Source of the DNA: an uncultured Gammaproteobacteria bacterium
GTDB lineage: Bacteria > Patescibacteriota > Microgenomatia > Levybacterales > GWA1-39-11
Length of the DNA stretch: 64,000 nucleotides
Direction of reading: 5' to 3'
Assembly (NCBI GenBank): GCA_964511305.1
Contig: CAZEEU010000001.1
Coordinates: 53,957-117,956, forward strand
Under the pieces are notes generated by a model. The model made no database searches and was not told the origin of the DNA. It saw nothing but the letters and a program-made list of their open reading frames with translations. A program made the position numbers and the translations under genes. This document shows positions 27,910-37,695 of this stretch, one piece after another (positions within the stretch are counted from its first letter, which is position 1; each line of letters opens with the position of its first letter).

Positions 27910-29247
27910 ATGGAACTTATCAATACTTCAAAAAGAAAATTCTCACAATTTGTCCACTGGTTCGCAAAATTATCCATTAAGAAAAAGGTTATTTCACTCG
28001 TAATATTACTTTTAATTTTTTGGTTTGGAATAAAACCACTGGTATTTAAAAAAGAGAATAAAATCGAATATATAACCTCCACTGCTGAAAAAGGCACACT
28101 CATTTCCTCAATAAGCGCCAGCGGAACCGTAACAAGTGCAAATAATGCAAGCATTACAACAAGTGCTTCAGGAGTTGTATCTGAAGTTCATTTTAAAAAT
28201 GGCGACACAGTTACTAAGGGAGACACTATTGCAATTCTCACACCAGATACTGTCTCCCAACAAAAACAAGCAGCCGCATGGGCAAGCTATTTGGGTGCAC
28301 AAAACTCTTTAAACTCTGCAAAGGCACAAATGAATTCATTACAATCTGCACTCTTTCGCGCAAATCAGGCATTTGTAAATGGAAAAGGAACACAAGATCC
28401 TGACATGAATGATCCGGTATATATCGAGCAGCGTGCCGATTGGCAACAGGCAGAAGCAAACTATAATAACCAACAAGGAGTAATTGCAGCAGCAGAAGCT
28501 ACCTTAACAAGCGCATGGCTTTCGTATTCCCAAAATTCTTCAACAATTACAGCACCGATTGCAGGAACTCTATCAAATCTTAATCTAACACCGGGTCAAA
28601 CAATTGCAGCATCAACTTCTGATTCTAGTTCTAATGCGAGTACTGAGTCGTACGGATCAATTACTTTAAAAGGTGGCAAGCCACAAGCAACCGTCAATCT
28701 TTCTGAAATTGATGTCATCAAAGCAAAGCAGGGACAAAAAGTTACTATGACACTAGACGCATTTACGGATAAAACATTTACTGGAAGGATCGCATCTATT
28801 AATACAAATGGGAGTGTCAGTTCTGGGGTAACAACGTATCCAGCAACTATTACTTTTGATACAACGGTTGAAAATATGTACCCAAATATGGCAGTTGCCG
28901 CAACAGTAATTACAAATATTAAAAATGATGTTCTCTTGGTCCCCTCTTCCGCTGCCCAAACAATTAATGGGGAATCCACAATTAGGATTATGAAGGGCGG
29001 TAAGGTAAGCAGTGTGACCGTTACAACCGGTGACCAAAATGACACTCAAATCGAAATAACTTCCGGCCTTTCGGAGGGAGACTCAGTTGTCACAGGACAA
29101 ACAGGTGGTGCAACTACAGTAACCGGAGGTGGGACATCAACAGGTGGTAACAGATTATTCCAGTCGGCATCTCCTTTTGGTGGAGGAGGAAGTGTAAGAA
29201 GTGTCGGAACCTTTAATGTTGTAGGAGGCACTACGATACGACGCTAA
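27910..29247 (+). CDS. MacA/HlyD-type membrane fusion (adaptor) protein
   Basis: N-terminal TM, SASGTV, lipoyl-like GD.V.KGD, coiled coil, ITAPIAG, GL.EGD.VV. ATG 27910 is preferred. Confidence 0.9.
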   Translation: MELINTSKRKFSQFVHWFAKLSIKKKVISLVILLLIFWFGIKPLVFKKENKIEYITSTAEKGTLISSISASGTVTSANNASITTSASGVVSEVHFKNGDTVTKGDTIAILTPDTVSQQKQAAAWASYLGAQNSLNSAKAQMNSLQSALFRANQAFVNGKGTQDPDMNDPVYIEQRADWQQAEANYNNQQGVIAAAEATLTSAWLSYSQNSSTITAPIAGTLSNLNLTPGQTIAASTSDSSSNASTESYGSITLKGGKPQATVNLSEIDVIKAKQGQKVTMTLDAFTDKTFTGRIASINTNGSVSSGVTTYPATITFDTTVENMYPNMAVAATVITNIKNDVLLVPSSAAQTINGESTIRIMKGGKVSSVTVTTGDQNDTQIEITSGLSEGDSVVTGQTGGATTVTGGGTSTGGNRLFQSASPFGGGGSVRSVGTFNVVGGTTIRR

Positions 29248-29251
29248 TTTC

Positions 29252-29944
29252 ATGATTACTGTCAAAAATCTTTCCAAAGTCTACACAACAGGAGACATCC
29301 TCACAACGGCTCTTGATAACATTTCTTTTGAAATTAAGAAGGGAGAATTTGTTGCAATAATGGGACCCTCCGGTTCTGGAAAATCCACCCTAATGCACAT
29401 TCTTGGCGCTTTAGATAAACCAACAAGTGGAACTTATATTTTAGATGGAGAAAATGTAGGGCATCTTTCCGACGACGAACTTTCAGATATTAGGAATAGA
29501 AAAATTGGTTTTATTTTCCAATCATTCAATCTCCTCCCAAGAACAACTGCTTTAAAAAACGTAATGCTTCCCATGCGCTATGCAGGTATTCCGAAAAAGG
29601 AGCAACTAGAAAAAGCAGAAAAATTTCTAAAAATGGTTGGGCTTGCAGATCGAATGCATCACACTTCAAATCAACTATCCGGTGGGCAACAACAGAGAGT
29701 TGCAATCGCCCGAGGTCTCGCCATGAATCCCGCCATACTCCTTGCTGATGAACCGACAGGAAATATTGCGTCCGGCCAAGCAAGCGAAATTATGAAAATT
29801 TTCCAGGATCTGAGCAATGAAGGGCATACCATTGTCATGATTACTCACGAACCTGATATCGCGCATCACGCGAAACGTATAATTCATATAAAAGATGGAG
29901 CTATTTCAAAAGATGAAAAGATAAAACAAATGCATTTAACATAA
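29252..29944 (+). CDS. ABC transporter ATP-binding protein (MacB/LolD-type)
   Basis: GPSGSGKST, LSGGQQQRVAIAR, LADEPTG, ITH. Confidence 0.95.
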   Translation: MITVKNLSKVYTTGDILTTALDNISFEIKKGEFVAIMGPSGSGKSTLMHILGALDKPTSGTYILDGENVGHLSDDELSDIRNRKIGFIFQSFNLLPRTTALKNVMLPMRYAGIPKKEQLEKAEKFLKMVGLADRMHHTSNQLSGGQQQRVAIARGLAMNPAILLADEPTGNIASGQASEIMKIFQDLSNEGHTIVMITHEPDIAHHAKRIIHIKDGAISKDEKIKQMHLT

Positions 29945-31167
29945 TGGATTACACAGAACTTATCATAGAAAGCTTTGGTACACTAACTCTTAATAAACTA
30001 CGCACAGGCCTTGCAATACTGGGTATTATTATCGGAATTGGAAGCGTCATTACACTACTTTCTCTAGGACAAGCAAGCCAGTTGGCGGTTCAGCAACAAA
30101 TTCAATCCCTTGGAGCGAATCTACTAACAATAAGTCCCACCGGACAATCTTCAGGAGCGGTAAGAGGGGCATCTAGCACTGGAACGACATTAACCTACGC
30201 AGATGCAAAAGCTATACTTGCTTCTCCTGAAATTACTACGATCAAAAATGTGTCCGCAGAATATTCGGGGAGATCTCAGGTTGTTGCAGGACGCAATAAT
30301 ACAAATACCCAAATAATGGGAGCTACTCCTGCATATCTTGAAGTTAGAAGTGTGAAAATCGCAGAAGGAGCATTTATATCTGATAGGGACTTAGCTGCTC
30401 TTGCAAAAGTTGCAGTTATTGGACCCACTACCGCTACCGATCTTTTTGGCGAAGGAGTCAGCCCCATAGGACAGAAAATAAGAATTGAAGGTCAGACTTT
30501 TACAATTATTGGTATTACTACTTCAAAAGGTGGAAGCGGATTTCAAAACCAAGATGACATGATATTTGTACCCTTAACCACAGCCCAAAAACAATTGTAT
30601 GGAGTAAATAACGTGACTTCGATTGCAGCTACAGCAAAAAGTGAAGATGTCATGTTGGAAGCTCAAAACCAGTTAGGATATTTCCTACTTTCCCGACATA
30701 AATTAGCAAATCCAGAAGACGCTGATTTTACAATCTTTTCCCAAGCGGATATTTTAAGCACTGCTTCCCAAGTGACGGGAACTTTTACTACTCTACTTTC
30801 GGGCATTGCTGGTATTTCTCTGCTTGTGGGAGGTATAGGTATTATGAACATAATGTTTGTTACGGTCACCGAGCGCACTCGTGAGATTGGACTAAGAAAA
30901 GCATTGGGAGCAAAAAAGAAAATTATTGTGATGCAATTTTTAATTGAGTCTGTAATTCTAACTTTTACTGGGGGCGTTATAGGAATCGGATTGGGCGTAC
31001 TTGCGTCCTTTATCTATTCACAGGTGACTGCTTCACCTTTTGCCGTATCAATTAATTCAGTTCTTCTTGCGTTCGTTGTGTCTGCTGGGATAGGAATACT
31101 TTTTGGATGGTATCCTGCCAGAAAAGCATCGAATTTACAACCAATAGAAGCTTTACGGTATGAATAA
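29944..31167 (+). CDS. MacB/FtsX-type ABC permease
   Basis: NKLRT.L..LGIIIG, VGGIGIMNIM..TVTERTREIGLRKALGA, PIEALRYE. Confidence 0.95.
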   Translation: MDYTELIIESFGTLTLNKLRTGLAILGIIIGIGSVITLLSLGQASQLAVQQQIQSLGANLLTISPTGQSSGAVRGASSTGTTLTYADAKAILASPEITTIKNVSAEYSGRSQVVAGRNNTNTQIMGATPAYLEVRSVKIAEGAFISDRDLAALAKVAVIGPTTATDLFGEGVSPIGQKIRIEGQTFTIIGITTSKGGSGFQNQDDMIFVPLTTAQKQLYGVNNVTSIAATAKSEDVMLEAQNQLGYFLLSRHKLANPEDADFTIFSQADILSTASQVTGTFTTLLSGIAGISLLVGGIGIMNIMFVTVTERTREIGLRKALGAKKKIIVMQFLIESVILTFTGGVIGIGLGVLASFIYSQVTASPFAVSINSVLLAFVVSAGIGILFGWYPARKASNLQPIEALRYE

Positions 31168-31187
31168 TTGAAGGGAGGTGAATATTT

Positions 31188-31670
31188 ATGAAAGACAAAA
31201 AGAACATATTAATAACAGTAGGCGTTGCCCTAGTCGTAGGAGTAGCATCATTTTTTGCCGGTACTAAATTTGCACCAAAGCAAGAGGGAATGTTCACGAT
31301 GAGCCAAGATAGTAACGGCCGACTTACAACTCGTGCGGGACAAATGCGAGGGGAAGGTGGAACAGTGAACTTCCAAGGCGGCAATACGAGAAACATGATG
31401 CGACCAGTGTCTGGTGAGGTACTGAGTCAAGACGAAAATAGCGTCACTGTAAAAGAGGCAGATGGAAGCAGTAAGATAGTTATCCTTTCTGATAAGACCT
31501 CCATTAACAAAACGACTTCTGGATCAAAAACAGATCTAAAGACTGGTGAAAAAATTACAGCCTTTGGAACTTCAAATTCCGATGGAAGTATCACGGCAGA
31601 AAATATTTCAATTGGAGGAATTGGCGGAGGAATGATGATGAGAGCAGTTCCTGCCGAGATAAAAAAATGA
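31188..31670 (+). CDS. DUF5666-like membrane-anchored OB-fold protein
   Basis: N-terminal TM, Gly-rich linker, G.V.S.D...TVK..DGSSK.V..S.KT.I, DL..G..I...G..N.DGSITA; strong SD GGAGGTGA upstream. Confidence 0.65.
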   Translation: MKDKKNILITVGVALVVGVASFFAGTKFAPKQEGMFTMSQDSNGRLTTRAGQMRGEGGTVNFQGGNTRNMMRPVSGEVLSQDENSVTVKEADGSSKIVILSDKTSINKTTSGSKTDLKTGEKITAFGTSNSDGSITAENISIGGIGGGMMMRAVPAEIKK

Positions 31671-32843
31671 TTAGTCTAACGGCAACATTCCACGGAATCG
31701 CTCTTCTCGTGGACCATAAGATACCGAGTCAGGATCAACAGCAAGAGCTTCGACGATAGGTCTGTAGTGGCAAATTATCACTTTTGCTGCCAGTGCAGGA
31801 CTTTCATTCGCAAGCTCTTGTATGAAATCTAGTGACATATGCTTAAAATCATAGTCTTCTGGAAGGCCAAGATCTTCTTGCATTTCGTCTATAATTGCAG
31901 AGGCGCTATCAATGTTGCGACATAAAATATCTGCTCCTTCTTCTAACATTTGTTTGGTTTGATACAGTGCATACTTTTCCGGATGTTTTGCACGTAAAGC
32001 CTCAAGCCTTATATTGGTTTCTTCATCGCTTAGCTTTACTTTTTCAAGTCCTACTAGGTCAGGGTGATTTTGTTCTAGTTTTTGAAGATTGGGGGTGGTT
32101 CTTTTAAATCTCACTGCAAAAAAGTCTGCAAAACTTTGTCTTGGAATTACATACCCAACAGCATTTTCAGTAAGCTGCACCGCGTCTTCCCCATAATCTT
32201 TTCTGGCTCTACGAGAAATCGTAAAATCATCTGATACATCTGTGGGCAATTCAGTCCACGCTCCGGTTATATAAAGTCCTCCTCTTAAATGCGTCTTTGG
32301 AAATACACTTCTTACGTCGGGATCCTTATCAATTTCAAGAAGCGTATAAAATAGTCTCTGCTCCGGTGAAAGAGTAAAGAATTTTTTATACTCATCGATT
32401 GGATAGGGAAGTATAGTTCCTCCTAAATAACGAGGGTTGCGACCATCTCTAAAGGCCGGAGAAAATTCATCTATCAGGGCAGCAAGACTGCCTGGTTTTC
32501 TATAGACTTTGAGATCTGTTGCTATATGCATTTGTCCCTCTACGCCTCTTCTCTCGGCAACGTCTTGCGCCAAGGCGTTCATGATAAGTTCTTTTCCTTT
32601 TTCCATTGGTCTTAGAACGCTTACTTGTACATTGTCAAAAAGGGAGTCATGAGACGCAAGAATAGCATTTACTTTTGCTATTTCTTCACCAGCATTAGAC
32701 CCATTTACTCCAATATGTAGTGACCAATTAACATCAGGTCTTTCTGCCATTCTAAGACCTAGATTATTGATACTTCTGTCAATTGTTACCCCTAATTCAT
32801 CAGAGGTAGGCATGAGAACTGCAACTTCGGGATTATTCGCCAT
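31671..32843 (-). CDS. Hypothetical protein, divergent GT-A (GT2-like) fold
   Basis: VAVLMPT..E, IGVNGS and KGK...N echo GT2 motifs, but the DxD position reads TDL; has its own extended -10 promoter. Confidence 0.5.
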   Translation of the reverse strand: MANNPEVAVLMPTSDELGVTIDRSINNLGLRMAERPDVNWSLHIGVNGSNAGEEIAKVNAILASHDSLFDNVQVSVLRPMEKGKELIMNALAQDVAERRGVEGQMHIATDLKVYRKPGSLAALIDEFSPAFRDGRNPRYLGGTILPYPIDEYKKFFTLSPEQRLFYTLLEIDKDPDVRSVFPKTHLRGGLYITGAWTELPTDVSDDFTISRRARKDYGEDAVQLTENAVGYVIPRQSFADFFAVRFKRTTPNLQKLEQNHPDLVGLEKVKLSDEETNIRLEALRAKHPEKYALYQTKQMLEEGADILCRNIDSASAIIDEMQEDLGLPEDYDFKHMSLDFIQELANESPALAAKVIICHYRPIVEALAVDPDSVSYGPREERFRGMLPLD

Positions 32844-32896
32844 AGGACGGATTATATCACAGAATTTTATTATAGGCTAAAAAAATGGAAATAAAA

Positions 32897-33274
32897 TTAT
32901 TTTGCTGAAGCATTTGAAATAGGGGCGCAATGGGTTTGGCTTGAGTTGGAAAATTCTTGGGCTTTTCGAGTCATGTCCATTGCTGCACCTTCTGATGGAA
33001 AATAATCATGCTCCATCATAAGAGTATCTTTTCTTAATATTCTATCTGCTTCTGAAATAATAAGATAATTAACATCTCTTTGCAGACTAAGATCGAGCTG
33101 TCTTTGTTGTTCCAGCAAATTAGGATTTTCTACACCTTCTGCGATTTTTTCAGTTACTCTCTCAAGCTGATCAGCTTTTACAGCTGCTTTTTGTCTAAGA
33201 TCACTTACTATGGCGTGGGCACGAAATTCTATTGATAAAGGAAGCATATATTCTCCTTCTTCGTTTTTTAACAT
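32897..33274 (-). CDS. Hypothetical helical protein
   Basis: 125-aa ORF with TATAAT 6 nt upstream of the ATG. Confidence 0.55.
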   Translation of the reverse strand: MLKNEEGEYMLPLSIEFRAHAIVSDLRQKAAVKADQLERVTEKIAEGVENPNLLEQQRQLDLSLQRDVNYLIISEADRILRKDTLMMEHDYFPSEGAAMDMTRKAQEFSNSSQTHCAPISNASAK

Positions 33275-33294
33275 GTGGAGATTATATTTAGAAT

Positions 33295-33960
33295 CTAGAA
33301 CTTAAGCAAGTTCCCATTCTCCTTGAGCCATTTTACCTGCGCTTTATATGAGGGGTTATACTTTCTTACTGTATTCCAAAAAATCACTTTGTGATTTTTT
33401 TGCGTTGTGTGAGCAAGCTCATGGATTACAACGTAACGAATAACAAGTAATGGTGCCATCACAAGTCTCCAATTGAATTGCAACTTATTGTCATGTGTGC
33501 ATGATCCCCATTTAGAACTCGTGTCTGAAAAGGAAAGTCCGTTGTATGAAGTGTTCATAGAGACTGAATATTCATCAACTAACTTTTTAACAAAAGATTT
33601 TGCTTGCCGGATATACCACTTCTCAAGATATACACTACCTTTTGACACCATTCCCAAAGGAAATAGTAGTTTACCGTCTTTAATTTCAATTTGTAAATAA
33701 TTCCCAATCTGTAAGACATATTCATTTCCCATGAATAGAAACTTTTCTCCATTAATAAATTTCTTTTCCTTAGATTTTTTTCGTGCAACGAAAGCAAGAC
33801 GCTCCTCAATCCAAGCGCTTTTACTTTTTACAAAAGCTCTTACTGTAAAATCAGGGAGATATTTAGGTGCTCTTACTTCAACTATTCCATTGGGATGAAT
33901 AACTAATGCAATAGAATTTCTTTTTGACTTGGTGATTTTGATATCAGAAATCTGGAACAT
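33295..33960 (-). CDS. YgjP/DUF45 (SprT-like) zinc metallo-protein
   Basis: VRAP, SKWGSC, FNWRL, YVVIHELAH...NH...FW. Confidence 0.9.
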   Translation of the reverse strand: MFQISDIKITKSKRNSIALVIHPNGIVEVRAPKYLPDFTVRAFVKSKSAWIEERLAFVARKKSKEKKFINGEKFLFMGNEYVLQIGNYLQIEIKDGKLLFPLGMVSKGSVYLEKWYIRQAKSFVKKLVDEYSVSMNTSYNGLSFSDTSSKWGSCTHDNKLQFNWRLVMAPLLVIRYVVIHELAHTTQKNHKVIFWNTVRKYNPSYKAQVKWLKENGNLLKF

Positions 33961-33984
33961 GCCGTGGGCATTATGATATCATTT

Positions 33985-34674
33985 TTAGGATTTCTTCGCC
34001 TTGCTCTTTTCTTGTGATAGATATATCTTTCTCCATCCGAATCCCACAGAAGCGATCCCTGCGGCAAATGCTCCAAGAATAGACACACTATACTTTACCG
34101 AAGGTTCAAAATTTGAATCTAGGCGTGCCTGTGATTCCTTTAGGGCTGTTGCGTTGGAAATCGCATCAAGCTCTTCCTCTAAATCGTGAAGAGCAAGACG
34201 TTCTGCGCTATATGTCTCATGTCCTATTGGTACAGTAAAATCTGACTCATCAATTTTCTGCTTTTTTGTCTTAACTGATTCTTCGACTGCTTCTACTATC
34301 TCAATAGCTTCGCTATTGTTTGCTGTTTGAAGATTTACTTCAACTCTATCCATCAACTCGATTGCCTTGCCTGCCTCTGGAAGAAGTTCGGGAGCGCACC
34401 CACCAAGAGAAACATCAAATACCTTTACATTACAGTCTGAATATGGAGGTCTGTACTCAAGCATACCTCGTACATCACTAACATCCCCAACAACTCCATG
34501 AATTGCACTAACCTGAGGCTTAGTAAGACCTTGCGACATCAAAGCCTCATCGAATGTTGTTGGGTTTTGATTTTCACCACATGATCCAAACGCCACAGCA
34601 CCAAGACCTACTGTCATTCCGGCAGAAACTATAAGTCCGGCAGTTGCGTTAAAGATTCTTCCTACTTCTGGCAT
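33985..34674 (-). CDS. Hypothetical protein with N- and C-terminal TMs
   Basis: Two hydrophobic segments flank an acidic helical domain; TTGACT-17-TATTAT promoter upstream. Confidence 0.6.
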   Translation of the reverse strand: MPEVGRIFNATAGLIVSAGMTVGLGAVAFGSCGENQNPTTFDEALMSQGLTKPQVSAIHGVVGDVSDVRGMLEYRPPYSDCNVKVFDVSLGGCAPELLPEAGKAIELMDRVEVNLQTANNSEAIEIVEAVEESVKTKKQKIDESDFTVPIGHETYSAERLALHDLEEELDAISNATALKESQARLDSNFEPSVKYSVSILGAFAAGIASVGFGWRKIYLSQEKSKAKKS

Positions 34675-34726
34675 AATTTATGGATAATACTGTATTATAG
34701 GATTAAAGTCAAGATTAATGAATCCT

Positions 34727-35083
34727 CTAAAGGCCTGCGGTTACTTCTAAATACTTATCTAAAATAGCCAGTTGTTCTTTGGTTAAATTAGGATATGCGG
34801 CAGTTAATGCTTCTCTTAAGTTTTGAGAAAATTTAACCTGAAATACTTCGTTGTACTCTAATGGTGTTACATTTTCCTTAAGCACCCTTGATAACTCTTC
34901 AGACTGATCCTCTGGTGCTGAATTTTTTACTTTACCTAATGCTTCCTGCGGTACTTTTGCAACTAGCGCCAATACAACTTCACTATTTACTATTAGCAAG
35001 AATTTATCTATAAATTCATCTTTGTCCTCTCCAAAATTTAGGGTATCGAGCAATGCTTTTAACTGTTCTTTAATGTGATCCAT
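34727..35083 (-). CDS. Hypothetical acidic helical protein
   Basis: 118-aa ORF starting 4 nt after the HAD stop codon. Confidence 0.6.
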   Translation of the reverse strand: MDHIKEQLKALLDTLNFGEDKDEFIDKFLLIVNSEVVLALVAKVPQEALGKVKNSAPEDQSEELSRVLKENVTPLEYNEVFQVKFSQNLREALTAAYPNLTKEQLAILDKYLEVTAGL

Positions 35084-35087
35084 TTTA

Positions 35088-35960
35088 TTAGTGCCCAGGT
35101 GCTGTGATTACACTCTTTTTGTGATCAATATCAATTGAAAGACTAATCCGAAGGATTGTCTCCTCCAAAACTTTTCGCATATCAGAACCGGCTTTATAAT
35201 TTGCGCTGTAAGGACCAACTGTTATTCTTTTCCCACGAGCAAGCTCGTATCCTTTTTTAAAACTTCCCAGTGGGTCACTAACTCCAATTCCAGCACCACC
35301 ATTGCCTGTCACTGCTGAAAGACATGGGATATCACTAGGTCCGTCGCCAATATAGATCATGTGAGAAAAAGGAATACGTTGTGACTCGGTATCAATTGCG
35401 TCATTTATGCGATACGGGTCGGATCTCAGGGTCGCGACATCAATTCCCTTTCGGAGGCCATGAATAAATCGTGTCTTTTCAGTAAATGAAATAGCAGACT
35501 TAATACCAACTGGTTGTTGTCCGCTCTTTATGTCATATGCAAAATTACAACCAAATATTCCGTCCACCTGAGGACCTATCTTGGTTGCTTTAAGTAATTC
35601 CTCAAGTCCTCCACTGATGATATAGAATTCTAGTCCAACGCGAGAATTTTTAAGTAATGGATTATTTTTTACAAATTCTTTTAATTCCTGAAATGCATTT
35701 GGAAGTCCAGGGAAAAGTTTTAACTTTTTTCCAAGCGAGGAAAGTTTTTTGACGGATAAATCTAGTTCTCCTCTATCGGCCATAAGTTTCATGATATGCA
35801 TATAAGCCAGCGGTGGATCCCACCCTTTATCAACCATTCCATTTATTTCTTTCCAAAAAGTCACTGGCTCTATCCCTTGCTCAGAAAGTACATAGGAAAT
35901 GGTATCGGGACCCAATGTCTCATCAAAATCAAAAATTATACCAATCACGGCCTCTGTCAT
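35088..35960 (-). CDS. HAD-superfamily hydrolase
   Basis: FDFDETL, IISGG, K, YIGDG.SD.P; TTGACA-17-TACAAT promoter. Confidence 0.85.
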   Translation of the reverse strand: MTEAVIGIIFDFDETLGPDTISYVLSEQGIEPVTFWKEINGMVDKGWDPPLAYMHIMKLMADRGELDLSVKKLSSLGKKLKLFPGLPNAFQELKEFVKNNPLLKNSRVGLEFYIISGGLEELLKATKIGPQVDGIFGCNFAYDIKSGQQPVGIKSAISFTEKTRFIHGLRKGIDVATLRSDPYRINDAIDTESQRIPFSHMIYIGDGPSDIPCLSAVTGNGGAGIGVSDPLGSFKKGYELARGKRITVGPYSANYKAGSDMRKVLEETILRISLSIDIDHKKSVITAPGH

Positions 35961-36027
35961 AGTAAGGGAATTGTAGTGCGAATAGATGAAGTTGTCAAAA
36001 ATTTGTTCTTAGAATTTATAATTCTTA

Positions 36028-36393
36028 CTAGCTCTTTAGATCACCTAGATAGTAGGAGGAAAGTACATCTGCGGGTTCACCTTGTCCAGAGTGTTGGGAA
36101 TTAAAGGCAGATGAACCATCAGAACCACAAATTCCCAATATCTTATCTGCTCCTCCGGGGTGCTCATTTATCCAAGATGTTAGATCATAAACTTTTCCAT
36201 TTATAGCACTCCAGCAAGAAGAAGAGTCTTTATGAGTATTCACCTCACTCATTGTGTATCTACCCTTCTGAGAAGATACTGATGGTGAGATATTGGGAGT
36301 TGAAATTAGATTCTTCTTTAGAACAACTCTCCAACCAACAAAACCTACCACGATTACTGCTATTAACAAACTTAAGATAAGTATTTTCTTCAT
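36028..36393 (-). CDS. Membrane-anchored cytochrome b5-like heme-binding protein
   Basis: YTMSEV..H, CW..I.GKVYDLT.W...HPGG, CG.DG...F..QH; N-terminal TM. True start ATG 36393. Confidence 0.9.
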   Translation of the reverse strand: MKKILILSLLIAVIVVGFVGWRVVLKKNLISTPNISPSVSSQKGRYTMSEVNTHKDSSSCWSAINGKVYDLTSWINEHPGGADKILGICGSDGSSAFNSQHSGQGEPADVLSSYYLGDLKS

Positions 36394-36399
36394 GCTTGA

Positions 36400-36431
36400 A
36401 TTATATATACAAATACTTAAGCTTTGCTTAA
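36400..36431 (-). promoter_or_regulatory. OmpR-type direct-repeat box plus -10 element of the cytochrome b5 gene
   Basis: Minus strand TTAAG-caaagc-TTAAG-10 nt-TATAAT-6 nt-ATG. Confidence 0.7.
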
Positions 36432-36472
36432 GGACACTTTTTCTTGGAGATGAGACTAAATTTTTTGTACAC

Positions 36473-37630
36473 CTAATTCTTTTGCCGGAGAAATGCGGGG
36501 ATATCAAAGACTGATTCTTCGTCGTCGTCACGTCGGGATGGTTCTTCTTGATACGTTGGGTTGGTGATATTTCCTCCACCGTATTGATCTTGGTTATTAT
36601 TCATTTGATTTGCATTTCCATAATCTTGGCCCTGATCTTCAATGGTACTTTGGACCATTTGCTGCAATCTCTTTCTTGACTCGTCAAATCCTGTAGCAAT
36701 AAGGGTGATTCTTATAGAATCAAATGCACCTTTATCAATAGTTGCTCCGAAGATGATATTTGCGTCTGGATCTGCTGCTTGAGTGATGATTCTGGATGCT
36801 TCCTCAACCTCTTGAAGAGAAAGATCTTCTCCTCCTGCGATATTGAATAGAACTCCTCGTGCTCCGTCCATACTTACCTCAAGAAGCGGAGATGAAATAG
36901 CTTGTCGTGCTGCAATTTGTGCTCTATTCTCTCCAACACCTACTCCAAGACCCATAAGTGCAGTTCCTGCGTCATTCATAATAGCCTTAACATCAGCAAA
37001 ATCGACGTTAACGTATCCGGATTGCGTAATAAGATCTGAAATACCTTTAACTCCGTGTCCAAGCACTGAGTCAGCTACGCGGAATGCTTCAAGAAGTGAT
37101 AACTTTTTGTCTACACTATCTAGTATTCTTTGATTTGGCACAACAATTAATGTATCTACATATTCCTTAAGCTCTTCTATTCCATCCTCTGCAGAAACCA
37201 TTCTTCGTGTACCTTCAAAGTTGAACGGTTTGGTCACAACAGCCACTGTTAGGGCGCCAACTTCCTTTGCAACTCTTGCAATAACAGATGAAGCACCTGT
37301 TCCAGTTCCGCCTCCCATACCTGCTGTTAGAAATACCATGTCAGATCCTTCAAGATATTGCTTGATACGCTCAACGCTTTCCTCAGCAGCAGCTCGTCCA
37401 ACATCAGGATTTCCACCAGATCCAAGTCCACGAGTTATATTTTCTCCGATTTGAAGTTTTGATTGTGCTTGAGAATTAAGAAGAGCCTGGGCGTCTGTAT
37501 TTACCGCTATGAAGTCTACTCCCTCTATCTGTCCGTCTAGGATCATGGAGTTAGTTGCATTTCCACCGCCTCCACCGATTCCCATGACTCTTATCTTTGC
37601 GAAGCTTGCTGTTTGAGGCTTAATTAACAT
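36473..37630 (-). CDS. ftsZ: Cell division protein FtsZ
   Basis: [31 protein letters not shown]-terminal DIPAFLR. Confidence 0.98.
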   Translation of the reverse strand: MLIKPQTASFAKIRVMGIGGGGGNATNSMILDGQIEGVDFIAVNTDAQALLNSQAQSKLQIGENITRGLGSGGNPDVGRAAAEESVERIKQYLEGSDMVFLTAGMGGGTGTGASSVIARVAKEVGALTVAVVTKPFNFEGTRRMVSAEDGIEELKEYVDTLIVVPNQRILDSVDKKLSLLEAFRVADSVLGHGVKGISDLITQSGYVNVDFADVKAIMNDAGTALMGLGVGVGENRAQIAARQAISSPLLEVSMDGARGVLFNIAGGEDLSLQEVEEASRIITQAADPDANIIFGATIDKGAFDSIRITLIATGFDESRKRLQQMVQSTIEDQGQDYGNANQMNNNQDQYGGGNITNPTYQEEPSRRDDDEESVFDIPAFLRQKN

Positions 37631-37695
37631 ATGAAGATATGACCAATACTAACACAGTAAAAATTAATTTTCAAACCGCTCTTTCGAACAGTTTT

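Noticed and set aside
36394-36579. N-terminal extension of the cytochrome b5 ORF
   Set aside because: It overlaps the ftsZ 3' end. ATG 36393 has a promoter and directly starts the signal anchor.
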